Source: Cereibacter sphaeroides 2.4.1 (GTDB lineage Bacteria > Pseudomonadota > Alphaproteobacteria > Rhodobacterales > Rhodobacteraceae). Taken from it: DNA of 32,000 bases. This document shows, one piece after another, positions 8,769 to 19,625 of this stretch (positions within the stretch are counted from its first letter, which is position 1; each line of letters begins with the position of its first letter). Under the pieces are notes generated by a model. The model did not search any database, was not told where the DNA came from, and was given only the letters and a program-made list of their open reading frames with translations. Both the position numbers and the translations under genes were made by a program. Location of the stretch: the NCBI RefSeq assembly GCF_000012905.2, contig NC_007493.2, forward strand, positions 1,290,001 to 1,322,000, written 5' to 3'.

Positions 8769-9226
8769 GCGGCCGGCGGCGCGTCCAGCTTCTCGGGGCG
8801 CGCATGCATCACCATGATGGTCTGCTGCATGAGCGCGCAGAGCCGTTCCGCCCCGTCGCGCAGGGCCAGCACCTCGGCGCGGGTCACGATGAGCGTGCGG
8901 CCCGCCCGCACCACCTCGCCCCGCGCGATCAGCCGCTCGCCCTCGGCCGGGGCCATCAGATTCATCTTGTATTCCACCGTCAGCACCGAGGCCTCGGCCG
9001 GCACCAGCGTCATCGCGGCATAGCCCGCCGCCGAATCCGCGATCATGCCGACCACGCCGCCGTGGATGAATCCGTGCTGCTGCTCGATCCCGTCCCAGTG
9101 CGGCAGGTGGATCTCGGTCCGGCCGGGCTCCACCACCGGCAGCGTCGCCCGGATCAGCGCCATCGCCGCCTGCCGGCCGAAACTTGTGCGAACGCGGTCA
9201 AGAGCGGGGGAAGGGGGCCTGTCCAT
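8765..9226 (-). CDS. PaaI-family hotdog-fold thioesterase
   Basis: 153-aa ORF. The motif QQHGFIHGGVVGMIADSAAGYAA and the C-terminal GRTLIVTRAEV are typical of PaaI/YdiI thioesterases. The start is uncertain, with an alternative ATG at 9163. Confidence 0.8.
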   Translation of the reverse strand: MDRPPSPALDRVRTSFGRQAAMALIRATLPVVEPGRTEIHLPHWDGIEQQHGFIHGGVVGMIADSAAGYAAMTLVPAEASVLTVEYKMNLMAPAEGERLIARGEVVRAGRTLIVTRAEVLALRDGAERLCALMQQTIMVMHARPEKLDAPPAA

Positions 9227-9305
9227 GCCGGAAGGCTAGAAGGCAGGCCGCCCCTGCGTCAACGCGGGCGCGACCGGACGTTGCGTCACGGCCGTTCGTT
9301 CGGGG

Positions 9306-10085
9306 TCAGGCCGCCAGCTCGACCCAGACCGGCACATGGTCCGAGGGTTTCTCGCCCGAGCGGACCTCGCGGTCGATGCGGACATCGGTCATCAGGTCCG
9401 CCGCCTGCGGCGAGAGCAGCAGATGGTCGATGCGGATGCCGTTGTTCTTCTCCCAGGCACCGGCCTGATAGTCCCAGAAGCTGTAATGGCCCGGCCCGAA
9501 GGTGCGGGCGCGGAAGGCCTCGGTATAGCCGAGGTTCACGATCCGGCGGAAGGCGGCCCGGCTCTCGGGCAGGAACAGCGCATCCGTCACCCAGACCTCG
9601 GGCCGCGCCGCATCCTCGGCCTGCGGAATCACGTTGTAGTCGCCGGCCAGCACCACGGGCTCCTCGGTGGCGAGAAGCTCGGCCGCGCGCGCCTTCATCC
9701 GCTCCATCCAGCCGAGCTTGTAATCGTATTTCGGTCCCGGCGCAGGGTTGCCGTTGGGCAGGTAGAGCCCGCAGACCCGCACCGCGCGCTCGCCCACAAC
9801 GGTGGCCTCGATCCAGCGCGCCTGCACATCCTCCGGGTCGCCCGGCAGGCCGCGCACCACATCCTCGAGCGGCAGGCGCGACAGGATCGCCACGCCGTTG
9901 AAGCCCTTCTGCCCGTGCGTCTCGAGATGCCAGCCCTTGTCCTCGAAGGCGGCACGGGGGAAGCCCTCGTCGACCGACTTGATCTCCTGCAGCAGCACCA
10001 CGTCAGGCTCCGCCGCCTCCAGCCAGGCCAGCAGCGCCTCGAGGCGCGCCTTGACGCCGTTGATGTTGAAGGTAGCGATCTTCAT
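9306..10085 (-). CDS. xthA: Exodeoxyribonuclease III
   Basis: 259 aa from MKIATFNINGVKARL ... LLQEIK ... SDHVPVWVEL. A GAGGAG Shine-Dalgarno lies upstream of the ATG at 10085. Confidence 0.9.
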   Translation of the reverse strand: MKIATFNINGVKARLEALLAWLEAAEPDVVLLQEIKSVDEGFPRAAFEDKGWHLETHGQKGFNGVAILSRLPLEDVVRGLPGDPEDVQARWIEATVVGERAVRVCGLYLPNGNPAPGPKYDYKLGWMERMKARAAELLATEEPVVLAGDYNVIPQAEDAARPEVWVTDALFLPESRAAFRRIVNLGYTEAFRARTFGPGHYSFWDYQAGAWEKNNGIRIDHLLLSPQAADLMTDVRIDREVRSGEKPSDHVPVWVELAA

Positions 10086-10161
10086 GGGCAGAGGCTCCTC
10101 GGCGCAAAGCATCGGCTCCGGGGCGCGGGCCGTGGGACAGGGCGCCGCGGCGCCATGGGGA

Positions 10162-10488
10162 TCAGATCGAGAAGGAGGTGCCGCAGCCGCAGGAACTCGA
10201 CGCGTTCGGATTGTGGATCACGAAGCGCGAGCCGATCAGCTCGTCGGTATAATCGATCTCGGCATTGGCGAGGAACGGCAGCGAGACCTGATCGATCAGC
10301 ACCTTCTGCCCGTCCTTCTCGAGCACGAGATCGTCCGATCCCGGATCGTCGAGCTTGATCTCATATTGAAAGCCCGAGCAGCCGCCGCCCTCGACCGCGA
10401 CGCGCAGCGCGCGCGTCTCGCCCGAAGCTTCGGCGATCTCGGCAAGGCGGGCAAAGGCCCGGTCGGTAACCCGCGGCGGAAGGTTCAT
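10162..10488 (-). CDS. erpA: Iron-sulfur cluster insertion protein (ErpA/IscA/HesB family)
   Basis: 108-aa ORF with GGGCSGFQY and the C-terminal CGCGTSFSI cluster-ligand cysteines. Confidence 0.85.
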   Translation of the reverse strand: MNLPPRVTDRAFARLAEIAEASGETRALRVAVEGGGCSGFQYEIKLDDPGSDDLVLEKDGQKVLIDQVSLPFLANAEIDYTDELIGSRFVIHNPNASSSCGCGTSFSI

Positions 10489-10562
10489 CAGAAACCCCGT
10501 GTCAAATCAGTCATGCACCCATATAGGATGGGGCAAAACAGGTCACAAGAACAGGCAAACTG

Positions 10563-11699
10563 ATGTTGGCTCCCTTCGCCTGCCAGCCCGGCGAGAGCCG
10601 CGGCCGGCAAAAGCCCGAGAGCATGTCCACGTTCCGCTCTCCCTTCCAGCGGGACCGCGACCGGATCATCCACTCCTCCGCCTTCCGCAGGCTGAAGCAC
10701 AAGACCCAGGTCTTCGTCGAGCATGAGGGCGACTATTACCGCACGCGGCTCACCCATTCCATCGAAGTGGCGCAGGTCGCGCGCACCATCTCGGGCGTGC
10801 TCGGGCTGAACACCGATCTGGCCGAATGTATCGCGCTCGCCCACGATCTCGGCCACACGCCCTTCGGCCATACCGGCGAGGATGCGCTGGCGCGGCTCAT
10901 GGAGCCCTTCGGCGGGTTCGACCACAATGCGCAGGCCATGCGGATCGTGACCCGGCTGGAGCGCCATTACGCCGAGTTCGACGGGCTGAACCTCACCTGG
11001 GAGTCTCTCGAGGGCATCGCCAAGCACAACGGCCCGGTCGAGGGGCCCTTGCCCTATGCGCTGGCCGAGGCCAATGCCCAGTGGGATCTGGAACTCCATA
11101 CCTATGCCTCGGCCGAGGCGCAGGTGGCGGCCATCGCCGACGACGTGGCCTATTCGCACCACGATCTGCACGACGGGCTCCGCTCGGGCCTCTTCACCGA
11201 GGCGGATCTGATGGAGCTGCCCGTCACCGCCCCCGCCTTCGAGGAGGTGGACGCGCTCTATCCGGGGCTGGAGCCGATGCGGCGGCGGCACGAGGCGCTG
11301 CGCCGCGTCTTCGGCCGGATGGTCGAGGATGTGATCGCGGTGGCGCAGGGCCGGCTCGAGGCGGCACAGCCGAAGTCGGTCGAGGAGATCCGCCAGATGG
11401 GCGCCACGGTCATCCGCTTCTCGAAGCCGCTCTATCAGGAGCTGAAGGTGATCCGCAGTTTCCTCTTTCACCGGATGTATCGCGCGCCCTCGGTGATGAA
11501 GGAGCGGGCCAAGGTCACGGCGGTGGTGAACGATCTCTTCCCGCTCTTCATGGCACGTCCCGAGCTTCTGCCGCAGGAATGGCGGCGCGACGTGGAGGCC
11601 GCCGCCGACGAAACCACGCTTGCCCGCATCGTGGCCGACTATGTCGCGGGCATGACCGACCGCTTCGCCCTGCAGGAACACGCGCGGCTCTGCGGCTGA
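10563..11699 (+). CDS. dgt: dGTP triphosphohydrolase-like HD-domain protein (type 2 dGTPase family)
   Basis: 378-aa ORF with the conserved N-terminus SRGR...FQRDRDRIIHSSAFRRLKHKTQVF. The HD motif appears as THSIEVAQVAR and HDLGHTPFGH. Confidence 0.88.
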   Translation: MLAPFACQPGESRGRQKPESMSTFRSPFQRDRDRIIHSSAFRRLKHKTQVFVEHEGDYYRTRLTHSIEVAQVARTISGVLGLNTDLAECIALAHDLGHTPFGHTGEDALARLMEPFGGFDHNAQAMRIVTRLERHYAEFDGLNLTWESLEGIAKHNGPVEGPLPYALAEANAQWDLELHTYASAEAQVAAIADDVAYSHHDLHDGLRSGLFTEADLMELPVTAPAFEEVDALYPGLEPMRRRHEALRRVFGRMVEDVIAVAQGRLEAAQPKSVEEIRQMGATVIRFSKPLYQELKVIRSFLFHRMYRAPSVMKERAKVTAVVNDLFPLFMARPELLPQEWRRDVEAAADETTLARIVADYVAGMTDRFALQEHARLCG

Positions 11700-11723
11700 C
11701 ACGCACGGCGCCCCTGTGGAGAC

Positions 11724-11746
11724 GAGGTCCGCGCGGCGCGGACCTC
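11724..11746 (+). terminator. Hairpin after dgt
   Basis: GAGGTCCGCG, loop cgg, CGCGGACCTC form a perfect 10-bp stem 25 nt after the stop. A second weak stem, CCTCTG (11794-11799) with CAGAGG (11809-11814), is followed by CTTTTC. Confidence 0.45.
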
Positions 11747-11868
11747 GGGCCCGCGGGCGGAGACCAGGTCTCGCCCTTCGGACGGGAAGGAGACCTCTGC
11801 GCCCACGACAGAGGCTTTTCGGGAACATCTTCTGCGGCCGGGGAATTTGGTCGGGGAAGGAGAGAGCC

Positions 11869-12837
11869 ATGCAGGATGCCACCCCCGACGATCCCGGCCG
11901 CGGCCGCGACGCCCGGACGCCGCTCGATATCCCCGTCAAGGGATGGAAGGACATCGCCCTGCGGGTCTGGCGGTCCATCGACGAAGACCGGGTGATGCTG
12001 GTGGCTGCCGGGGTCACCTTCTACCTGCTGCTGGCGCTCTTTCCGGCGCTCGCGGCCTTCGTCTCGCTCTATGGCCTCTTCGCCGATCCCGCCGTCATCG
12101 CGGAACAGGCGGAATCGCTCCGCGGCGTGATCCCCGCCGAGGGGCTCGACCTGCTCACCGAACAGCTGCGCACACTCGCGAGCGGCGAAAGCTCCTCACT
12201 CACCTTCAGCTTCGTGCTGTCGTTCCTCATCGCCTTCTGGAGCGCCAATTCCGGGATGAAGGCGCTGATCGAGGCCATGAACATCGCCCATGAAGAGCGC
12301 GAGAAACGGTCGTTCGTGAAGCTGACGCTGCTCTCCTTCGCCCTGACGCTGGGCGCGATGGTGCTGGCGGTGACGATGATCGTGGCCGTGGCGGTGGTGC
12401 CTGCGGTGCTCGCCGTCTTCGATCTGGGATCGGTGGCCACGGCCGTGGTCTGGCTGGTGCGCTGGCCGCTCCTCCTCCTTCTCGTGGCCACGGCCATGGC
12501 GGGCCTCTACCGCTGGGCGCCCTCGCGAAATGCGCCCGAATGGCGCTGGGTGACATGGGGCAGCGGCATCGCCACGCTGGTCTGGCTGATCGCCTCGATT
12601 GCCTTCACCATCTATCTCGAGAATTTCGCCAACTATTCCGCCACCTACGGCTCGCTCGGCGCGCTGGTGGGCCTGTTGCTCTGGGTCTGGATCGCGGTGA
12701 TGATCCTGATCGTCGGCGCCGAGGTGAATTCCGAGATGGAGCATCAGACCGCGCGGGACACCACTGTCGGTCCCGAAAAGCCGATGGGCCGGCGCGGCGC
12801 CGTGGTGGCCGACACGCTGGGCGAGACCGCGGACTGA
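11869..12837 (+). CDS. YihY/BrkB-family integral membrane protein
   Basis: 322 aa from MQDATPDDPG. The GGAAGGAGAG Shine-Dalgarno sits at 11856-11865. It has the motif AAGVTFYLLLALFPAL and about six hydrophobic helices. Confidence 0.85.
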   Translation: MQDATPDDPGRGRDARTPLDIPVKGWKDIALRVWRSIDEDRVMLVAAGVTFYLLLALFPALAAFVSLYGLFADPAVIAEQAESLRGVIPAEGLDLLTEQLRTLASGESSSLTFSFVLSFLIAFWSANSGMKALIEAMNIAHEEREKRSFVKLTLLSFALTLGAMVLAVTMIVAVAVVPAVLAVFDLGSVATAVVWLVRWPLLLLLVATAMAGLYRWAPSRNAPEWRWVTWGSGIATLVWLIASIAFTIYLENFANYSATYGSLGALVGLLLWVWIAVMILIVGAEVNSEMEHQTARDTTVGPEKPMGRRGAVVADTLGETAD

Positions 12838-12842
12838 GGCCC

Positions 12843-13981
12843 TCAGGCCGCGCGCATCGCCGCCACCAGCGCGGAAGGCGCAAGGCCCACCGGGTTACCC
12901 TTCATCGACGACGAGGCGAGCGAGGCTTCGGCCACCGCCGCATGGTCCGCGGGATCGAGCCCCATGTCCGCAAGCCGGGGCAGGCCCGCCTGCCGCACCC
13001 AGTCCGCGAGCGCCTCGGGCGCCTCGGCCGGGGGGGCGCCCAGCACACCGCCGATCAGCCCGCAGACCTCGGTTAGCCGCGCCCGCGCCGTGCTGCCCGG
13101 CGCCGAGGCTGTCAGGTTCGCCCGCAGGATCGGCGCGAGCAGCGCCCCGCAGATCGCCCCGTGCGGCGCGCCCGACAGCCCGCCGATCACGCCGGCAAGC
13201 CCATGCACCGCGCCGAGCCCGCCATTCGCCAGCGCAAGCCCGCCCGAAAGGCTGACCCACGCGATCTTGTCCCGCGCCGCCCCGTCCTCGCCCCGCATGA
13301 GCCGCCTCAGCGCCGCAAGCCCCTCCGAGATGGCGGGCCGGGCGATCGCATCGGTGAAGGGAGTGGCGCGGGCCGAGACATAGGGCTCGATCACCTGCGT
13401 CACAGCATCGAGGCCCGAGGCCAGGGTCACGCCCCGCGGACAGCCGTCGGTCAGCGCCGGGTCGACAAGGGCGATCCGCGCGAGCATCCGCGCGTCGCGC
13501 AGGCTCACCTTGCGCCCGTGCTCGGGCACGCCGATCACCGCGTTTCGGGTGGCCTCGGCTCCGGTGCCCGCGGTGGTGGGCAGGGCCACGAAGGGCAGGG
13601 GCGGCGCGGTCAGCGGCAGGCCGTGGCCGACCACCTCCAGATGCGCCATCGGCCCCTCGGGCGCGGGCACCAGGGCCGCCAGCGCCTTCGCCAGATCGAG
13701 CGCTGCCCCGCCGCCCAGACCCGCCACCACCTGCGGCGCGAAGGGGCGTGCGCCCGCCAGCCCCGCCTCGAGCATCGCGAGATCGGGCTCGGAGGGACCG
13801 CCCACGGTCAGCACCTCTGCCCCCTCCGCCTCGAGCGCTTTGCAGAGCCATGCGGCCCGGCCCGGGTCGCGCCCATGCACCAGAAGCACGCGCCGCCCGA
13901 GCCCCGCGATGAGCCCCGCCGCCTGCCGCGCCTCGCCCCGGCCGAAGAGGATGCGCCCCGGCGCCGCGATGCCGAAGGGGG

Positions 13982-13985
<4 letters not shown>
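12843..13985 (-). CDS. Iron-containing (group III) alcohol dehydrogenase family oxidoreductase
   Basis: 380 aa from [15 protein letters not shown]. The NAD/Fe-ADH motifs are [13 protein letters not shown] and [11 protein letters not shown]. The ATG overlaps the glpK stop (ATGA at 13982-13985). Confidence 0.85.
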
Positions 13986-15463
<1,478 letters not shown>

Positions 15464-15532
15464 GTGTCTCTTCCCGATGCGTCTTGCGCGAATCCTCCCG
15501 GCCGCGCCGCGCATGATGCACGGCCGGAAGGG

Positions 15533-15727
15533 CTCCCGGAAGACGGGGGTCTTCGTCCCGCCTCGATGCGACGGGTCTTGGGCACGAATGCCCACCCTGT
15601 GCAGCCATGACCCGACCGGGCGGACCTTGGATCGTGACGGCCCGTCGAGGGGTCGGGCCTCCGGAAGACGGGGCGCTCTCCCCGGCTCGAGGGGTGGGCC
15701 TGCTGTGCGAAGGCCCACCTTGCAGCC
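15533..15727. repeat. Two copies of a structured element of about 70 nt, in the spacer between the binding-protein gene and glpK
   Basis: Copy A is 15533-15606 and copy B is 15659-15727. Both start CTCC(C)GGAAGACGGGG and end with a GGGC-stem hairpin (15580-15593; 15693-15719). That is followed by CCCACC(C)T(G)TGCAGCC. Confidence 0.5.
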
Positions 15728-15821
15728 GTAACTTCGCCGCGCTGCGCCTGGCCGGCACGGCCGGGCAGGTGGAGAAGTTCTTTCCTTGCGGACAGCTCTT
15801 CTGCCGTCGCCGCGGGCGGGT

Positions 15822-15843
15822 GGGGGCGGGCGGAGCCGCCCCC
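15822..15843 (-). other. GC-only stem-loop just downstream of the binding-protein stop codon
   Basis: GGGGGCGG (15822-15829) pairs with CCGCCCCC (15836-15843) across a 6-nt loop, 9 nt after the stop at 15852. No U tract follows on the transcribed strand. It is more likely an mRNA-stabilising or processing hairpin than a terminator. Confidence 0.4.
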
Positions 15844-15851
15844 CTTTCGTG

Positions 15852-17576
15852 TCAGCCCTTCTGCCAGGACTTGATGAGCTCGTCATAGGAGATGGTCTCG
15901 CCCTGCGGCTTCTCGTTCTCGAGCTTGGCCACCGGGGCTCCGGGGGCGTCGAGCCATTCCTGCGGGTCCTTCTCCTCGTTCAGCTTCGGGCCGAGATCGC
16001 CCTGCACGCCCGCGCGCTCGAGCCGGGCCAGCACCTTCTCCTGCTCGGCGCAGAGCGCGTCGAGCGCCTCCTGCGGCGACTTGGCGCCCGACATGGCGTC
16101 GCCGATGTTCTGCCACCAGAGCTGGGCGAGCTTGGGATAGTCCGGCACGTTGGTGCCCGTGGGCGACCACTGCACCCGGGCGGGCGAGCGGTAGAATTCC
16201 ACGAGTCCGCCGAGCTTCGGCGCACGGTCGGTGAAGCTCTGGTGCTGGATGGTGGATTCGCGCACGAAGGTCAGGCCCACATGGCTCTTCTTCACGTCGA
16301 CCGTCTTCGAGGAGACGAACTGCGCATAGAGCCAGGCGGCCTTGGCCCGCTCGTCGGGAGTGGATTTCAGCAGCGTCCAGGAACCCACGTCCTGGTAGCC
16401 GACCTTGGTGCCCTCCGACCAGTAGGCGCCGTGCGGCGAGGGGGCCATGCGCCACTTGGGCGTGCCGTCCTCGTTCATCACCGGCAGACCCTCCTTGACC
16501 ATGTCGGCGGTGAAAGCGGTGTACCAGAATATCTGCTGGGCCACCTCGCCCTGCGCCGGCACCGGGCCCGATTCCGAGAAGGTCATGCCGGCCGCCTGCG
16601 GCGGGGCGTATTTCTGCAGCCATTCGATCGATTTGGTGATCGCATAGACCGCGGCCGCATCGTTGGTGGCCCCGCCGCGCGCCACGCAGGAGCCCACGGG
16701 GCGCGAGTTCTCGTCCACCCGGATGCCCCATTCGTCGACCGGCAGCCCGTTCGGATCGCCCTTGTCGCCCATGCCCGCCATCGACATCCAGGCGTCGGTG
16801 TAGCGCCAGCCGAGGCTCGGGTCCTTCTTGCCGTAATCCATGCTGCCATAGGCGCTCTTCGGCCCGCCGAGCGCGCTCATGTCGCGCCCGGTGAAGAATT
16901 CGGCGATGTCCTCATAGGCCGACCAGTTCAGCGGCACGCCCAGATCGTAGCCGTACTTCTCCTTGAACGCGGCCTTGGTGTCGGCATCGTCGAACCAGTC
17001 GGCGCGGAACCAGTAGAGGTTGGCGAACTGCTGGTCGGGCAGCTGGTAGAGCTCGCCGTCGGGGGCGGTGGTGAATTTCAGCCCGATGTAATCCTGCAGG
17101 TCGAGGCCGGGGTTGGTGACGTCCTTGCCCGCATTGGCCATCCAGTCGGTGAGGCTGCGCGCCTGCTTGTAGCGCCAGTGGGTGCCGATCAGGTCGCTGT
17201 CGTTGATATAGGCGTCGTAGATGTTCTCGCCCGACTGCATCTGGGTCTGCAGCTTCTCGACCACGTCGCCCTCGCCGATCAGGTCGTGGCTGATCTTGAT
17301 CCCGGTGATGGCGGAGAAGGCGGGGGCGAGGACCTTGCTCTCATATTCGTGGGTGGTGATGGTCTCGGAGACGACCTTGATCTCCATCCCGGCGAAGGGC
17401 TGGGCCGCGTCGATGAACCATTGCATCTCGGCTTCCTGCTCGGCGCGCGACAGCGAGGAGAGATCCCCGATCTCGGCATCGAGGAACTTCTTCGCGGCCT
17501 CCATGTCGGCCCAGGCGGGCGCGGCCACGGCCATCAGGCACAGGGCCGTCGCGGTGGCTGTCGTACGGTATCTCAT
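15852..17576 (-). CDS. ABC transporter periplasmic substrate-binding protein (glycerol-uptake type, large 574-aa form)
   Basis: It starts at [23 protein letters not shown] (signal peptide). The GGGAGGAGAC Shine-Dalgarno lies upstream of the ATG at 17576. Its position matches that in the rhizobial glycerol ABC operon. Confidence 0.9.
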   Translation of the reverse strand: MRYRTTATATALCLMAVAAPAWADMEAAKKFLDAEIGDLSSLSRAEQEAEMQWFIDAAQPFAGMEIKVVSETITTHEYESKVLAPAFSAITGIKISHDLIGEGDVVEKLQTQMQSGENIYDAYINDSDLIGTHWRYKQARSLTDWMANAGKDVTNPGLDLQDYIGLKFTTAPDGELYQLPDQQFANLYWFRADWFDDADTKAAFKEKYGYDLGVPLNWSAYEDIAEFFTGRDMSALGGPKSAYGSMDYGKKDPSLGWRYTDAWMSMAGMGDKGDPNGLPVDEWGIRVDENSRPVGSCVARGGATNDAAAVYAITKSIEWLQKYAPPQAAGMTFSESGPVPAQGEVAQQIFWYTAFTADMVKEGLPVMNEDGTPKWRMAPSPHGAYWSEGTKVGYQDVGSWTLLKSTPDERAKAAWLYAQFVSSKTVDVKKSHVGLTFVRESTIQHQSFTDRAPKLGGLVEFYRSPARVQWSPTGTNVPDYPKLAQLWWQNIGDAMSGAKSPQEALDALCAEQEKVLARLERAGVQGDLGPKLNEEKDPQEWLDAPGAPVAKLENEKPQGETISYDELIKSWQKG

Positions 17577-17637
17577 GCAGGTCTCCTCCCAAAGACATTG
17601 AACAGTTGGCCGGGCTCCTCCCCCCGGCACGGGTCGG

Positions 17638-17910
17638 TCACACCCAGCGGAACACCGCCGCGGCGTAGATCAGGCAGAGCGCGAGCGCGCCCCAGAGCGG
17701 CGGCCCCATCACCGCCAGCCAGCCAAGGCACAGGAAGGCCGAGCCCAGAAGCGAGATGAACAGCCGGTCCCCCCGTGTCGTCTCGATCCGGAGGATCCCC
17801 ACACGCGGAACCTCGGGCCGCAGGATCGCAAGCGCGGTCATCAGCACGAGAAGCGCCGCGATTGCGCAGAAGAAGGCCGCCGTGGGCCAGGTCCAGGCCA
17901 TCCACTCCAT
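17638..17910 (-). CDS. DUF2160-like small integral membrane protein
   Basis: 90-aa ORF with MEWMAWTWPTAAFF...TTRGDRLFISLLG. It has three hydrophobic segments. It begins 1 nt after the permease stop. Confidence 0.8.
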   Translation of the reverse strand: MEWMAWTWPTAAFFCAIAALLVLMTALAILRPEVPRVGILRIETTRGDRLFISLLGSAFLCLGWLAVMGPPLWGALALCLIYAAAVFRWV

Positions 17911-17911
17911 C

Positions 17912-18715
17912 TCACACCCTCCCCAGGGCGAAGCCCTTCGCGATGTAGTTGCGCACGAACCAGATCACGAGCCCGCCCGGGATCAGCGTCAGCACCCCGG
18001 CCGCCGCCAGCACGCCCCAGTCGAGCCCCGAGGCCGAGACGGTCCGCGTCATGGTGGCCGCGATGGGCTTGGCGTTCACCGAGGTCAGCGTGCGCGAGAG
18101 CAGAAGCTCGACCCAGGAGAACATGAAGCAGAAGAAGGCCGCGACCCCGATGCCGCTTGCGATCAGCGGCATGAAGATCTTCACGAAGAAGCGGGGGAAG
18201 GAATAGCCGTCGATATAGGCGGTCTCGTCGATCTCCTTCGGCACGCCCGACATGAAGCCCTCGAGGATCCAGACCGCGAGCGGCACGTTGAAGAGGCAAT
18301 GGGCCAGCGCCACGGCGATATGGGTGTCGAAGAGCCCGACCGAGGAATAGAGCTGGAAGAAGGGCAGCGCGAAGACCGCCGGCGGCGCCATCCGGTTCGT
18401 GAGCAGCCAGAAGAACAGATGCTTGTCGCCGAGAAACCGGTAGCGCGAGAAGGCATAGGCCGCGGGCAGCGCCACGGTGATCGAGATCGCCGTGTTCAGC
18501 ACCACATAGGTCAGCGAATTCACATAGCCCATGTACCAGGACGGGTCGGTAAGGATCGTCCGGTAGTTCTGGAACGTCAGGTCGTGCGGAAAGAGCGTGA
18601 AGCTGCGCGTGATCTCGGCATTGGTCTTGAAGCTCATGTTCACGAGCCAGTAGATCGGGATCAGCAGGAACAGCAGATACAGCACCATCACGATCGCAGA
18701 GCCGGGGCGTTTCAT
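17912..18715 (-). CDS. ABC transporter permease (MalG/UgpE-like)
   Basis: 267-aa ORF with the EAA loop EIDETAYIDGYSFPRFFVKIFMPL. A GAGGAGGAC Shine-Dalgarno lies upstream. Confidence 0.9.
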   Translation of the reverse strand: MKRPGSAIVMVLYLLFLLIPIYWLVNMSFKTNAEITRSFTLFPHDLTFQNYRTILTDPSWYMGYVNSLTYVVLNTAISITVALPAAYAFSRYRFLGDKHLFFWLLTNRMAPPAVFALPFFQLYSSVGLFDTHIAVALAHCLFNVPLAVWILEGFMSGVPKEIDETAYIDGYSFPRFFVKIFMPLIASGIGVAAFFCFMFSWVELLLSRTLTSVNAKPIAATMTRTVSASGLDWGVLAAAGVLTLIPGGLVIWFVRNYIAKGFALGRV

Positions 18716-18752
18716 GCGCGGTCCTCCTCGGGCGGGCAGACGGGCAGGGCGG

Positions 18753-19625
18753 TCACGGGCGGTCCTCCCGGTCGAGGTTGGTCATCACGGTGTAGAACAC
18801 CCACGAGATCAGCAGGATGACGAGGAAGTAGATGATCGAGAAGGCGGCGGCGGGGCCGAGGTCGAACTGGCCGATGGCCATCTTCACGAGATCGATCGAG
18901 AGGAAGGTGGTCGAGTTGCCGGGGCCGCCGCCCGTCACCACGAAGGGCTCGGTATAGATCATGAAACTGTCCATGAAGCGCAGCAGCACCGCGATCAGCA
19001 GCACGCCCCGCATCTTCGGCAGCTCGATGTAGCGGAACACGGCCCAGCGGCTGGCCTGATCGATCTTGGCCGCCTGATAATAGGCCTCGGGGATGGATTG
19101 CAGCCCGGCGTAGCAGAGGAGCGCCACCAGCGAGGTCCAGTGCCAGACATCCATCACGATGACCGTGACCCAGGCATCGAGCCAGTCGTTCGTGTAATTG
19201 TAGTCGACCCCGAGCGCAGTCAGCGTGCGGCCCAGAAGGCCGATGTCCACCCGGCCGAAGATCTGCCAGATCGTGCCCACCACGTTGAAGGGGATCAGAA
19301 GCGGCATCGCCATCAGGATCAGGCAGAGGCTGGCCCAGAAGCCCTTCTTCGGCATGTGGAGCGCCACGAAGATCCCGAGCGGCACCTCGATGGCAAGGAT
19401 GATCGCGGTGAAGAGCACCTGACGCCCGAGGGCGGCATGGATGCGCTCGGAGGTGACGGTCTCCTCGAACCATTCGAGGCCGGCCCAGAAGAACTCGTTA
19501 TTCCCGAACGTGTCCTGCACCGAATAGTTGACAACTGTCATCAGCGGCACGACGGCCGAGAAGGCCACGAGCGCCAGCACCGGCAGCACGAGGAACCACG
19601 CGCGGTTGTTCCAGCTCTTCTCCAT
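18753..19625 (-). CDS. ABC transporter permease (MalF/UgpA-like)
   Basis: 290 aa from MEKSWNNRAWFLVLP, with the EAA loop PEAYYQAAKIDQASRWAVFRYIELP. Its start overlaps the upstream ATPase stop (TGATG). Confidence 0.9.
   Translation of the reverse strand: MEKSWNNRAWFLVLPVLALVAFSAVVPLMTVVNYSVQDTFGNNEFFWAGLEWFEETVTSERIHAALGRQVLFTAIILAIEVPLGIFVALHMPKKGFWASLCLILMAMPLLIPFNVVGTIWQIFGRVDIGLLGRTLTALGVDYNYTNDWLDAWVTVIVMDVWHWTSLVALLCYAGLQSIPEAYYQAAKIDQASRWAVFRYIELPKMRGVLLIAVLLRFMDSFMIYTEPFVVTGGGPGNSTTFLSIDLVKMAIGQFDLGPAAAFSIIYFLVILLISWVFYTVMTNLDREDRP

Noticed and set aside
15822-15848. The GC hairpin plus CTTTC read as a plus-strand intrinsic terminator
   Set aside because: No plus-strand gene ends here. 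On the transcribed minus strand it has no U tract, so it is reported only as an intercistronic stem-loop.
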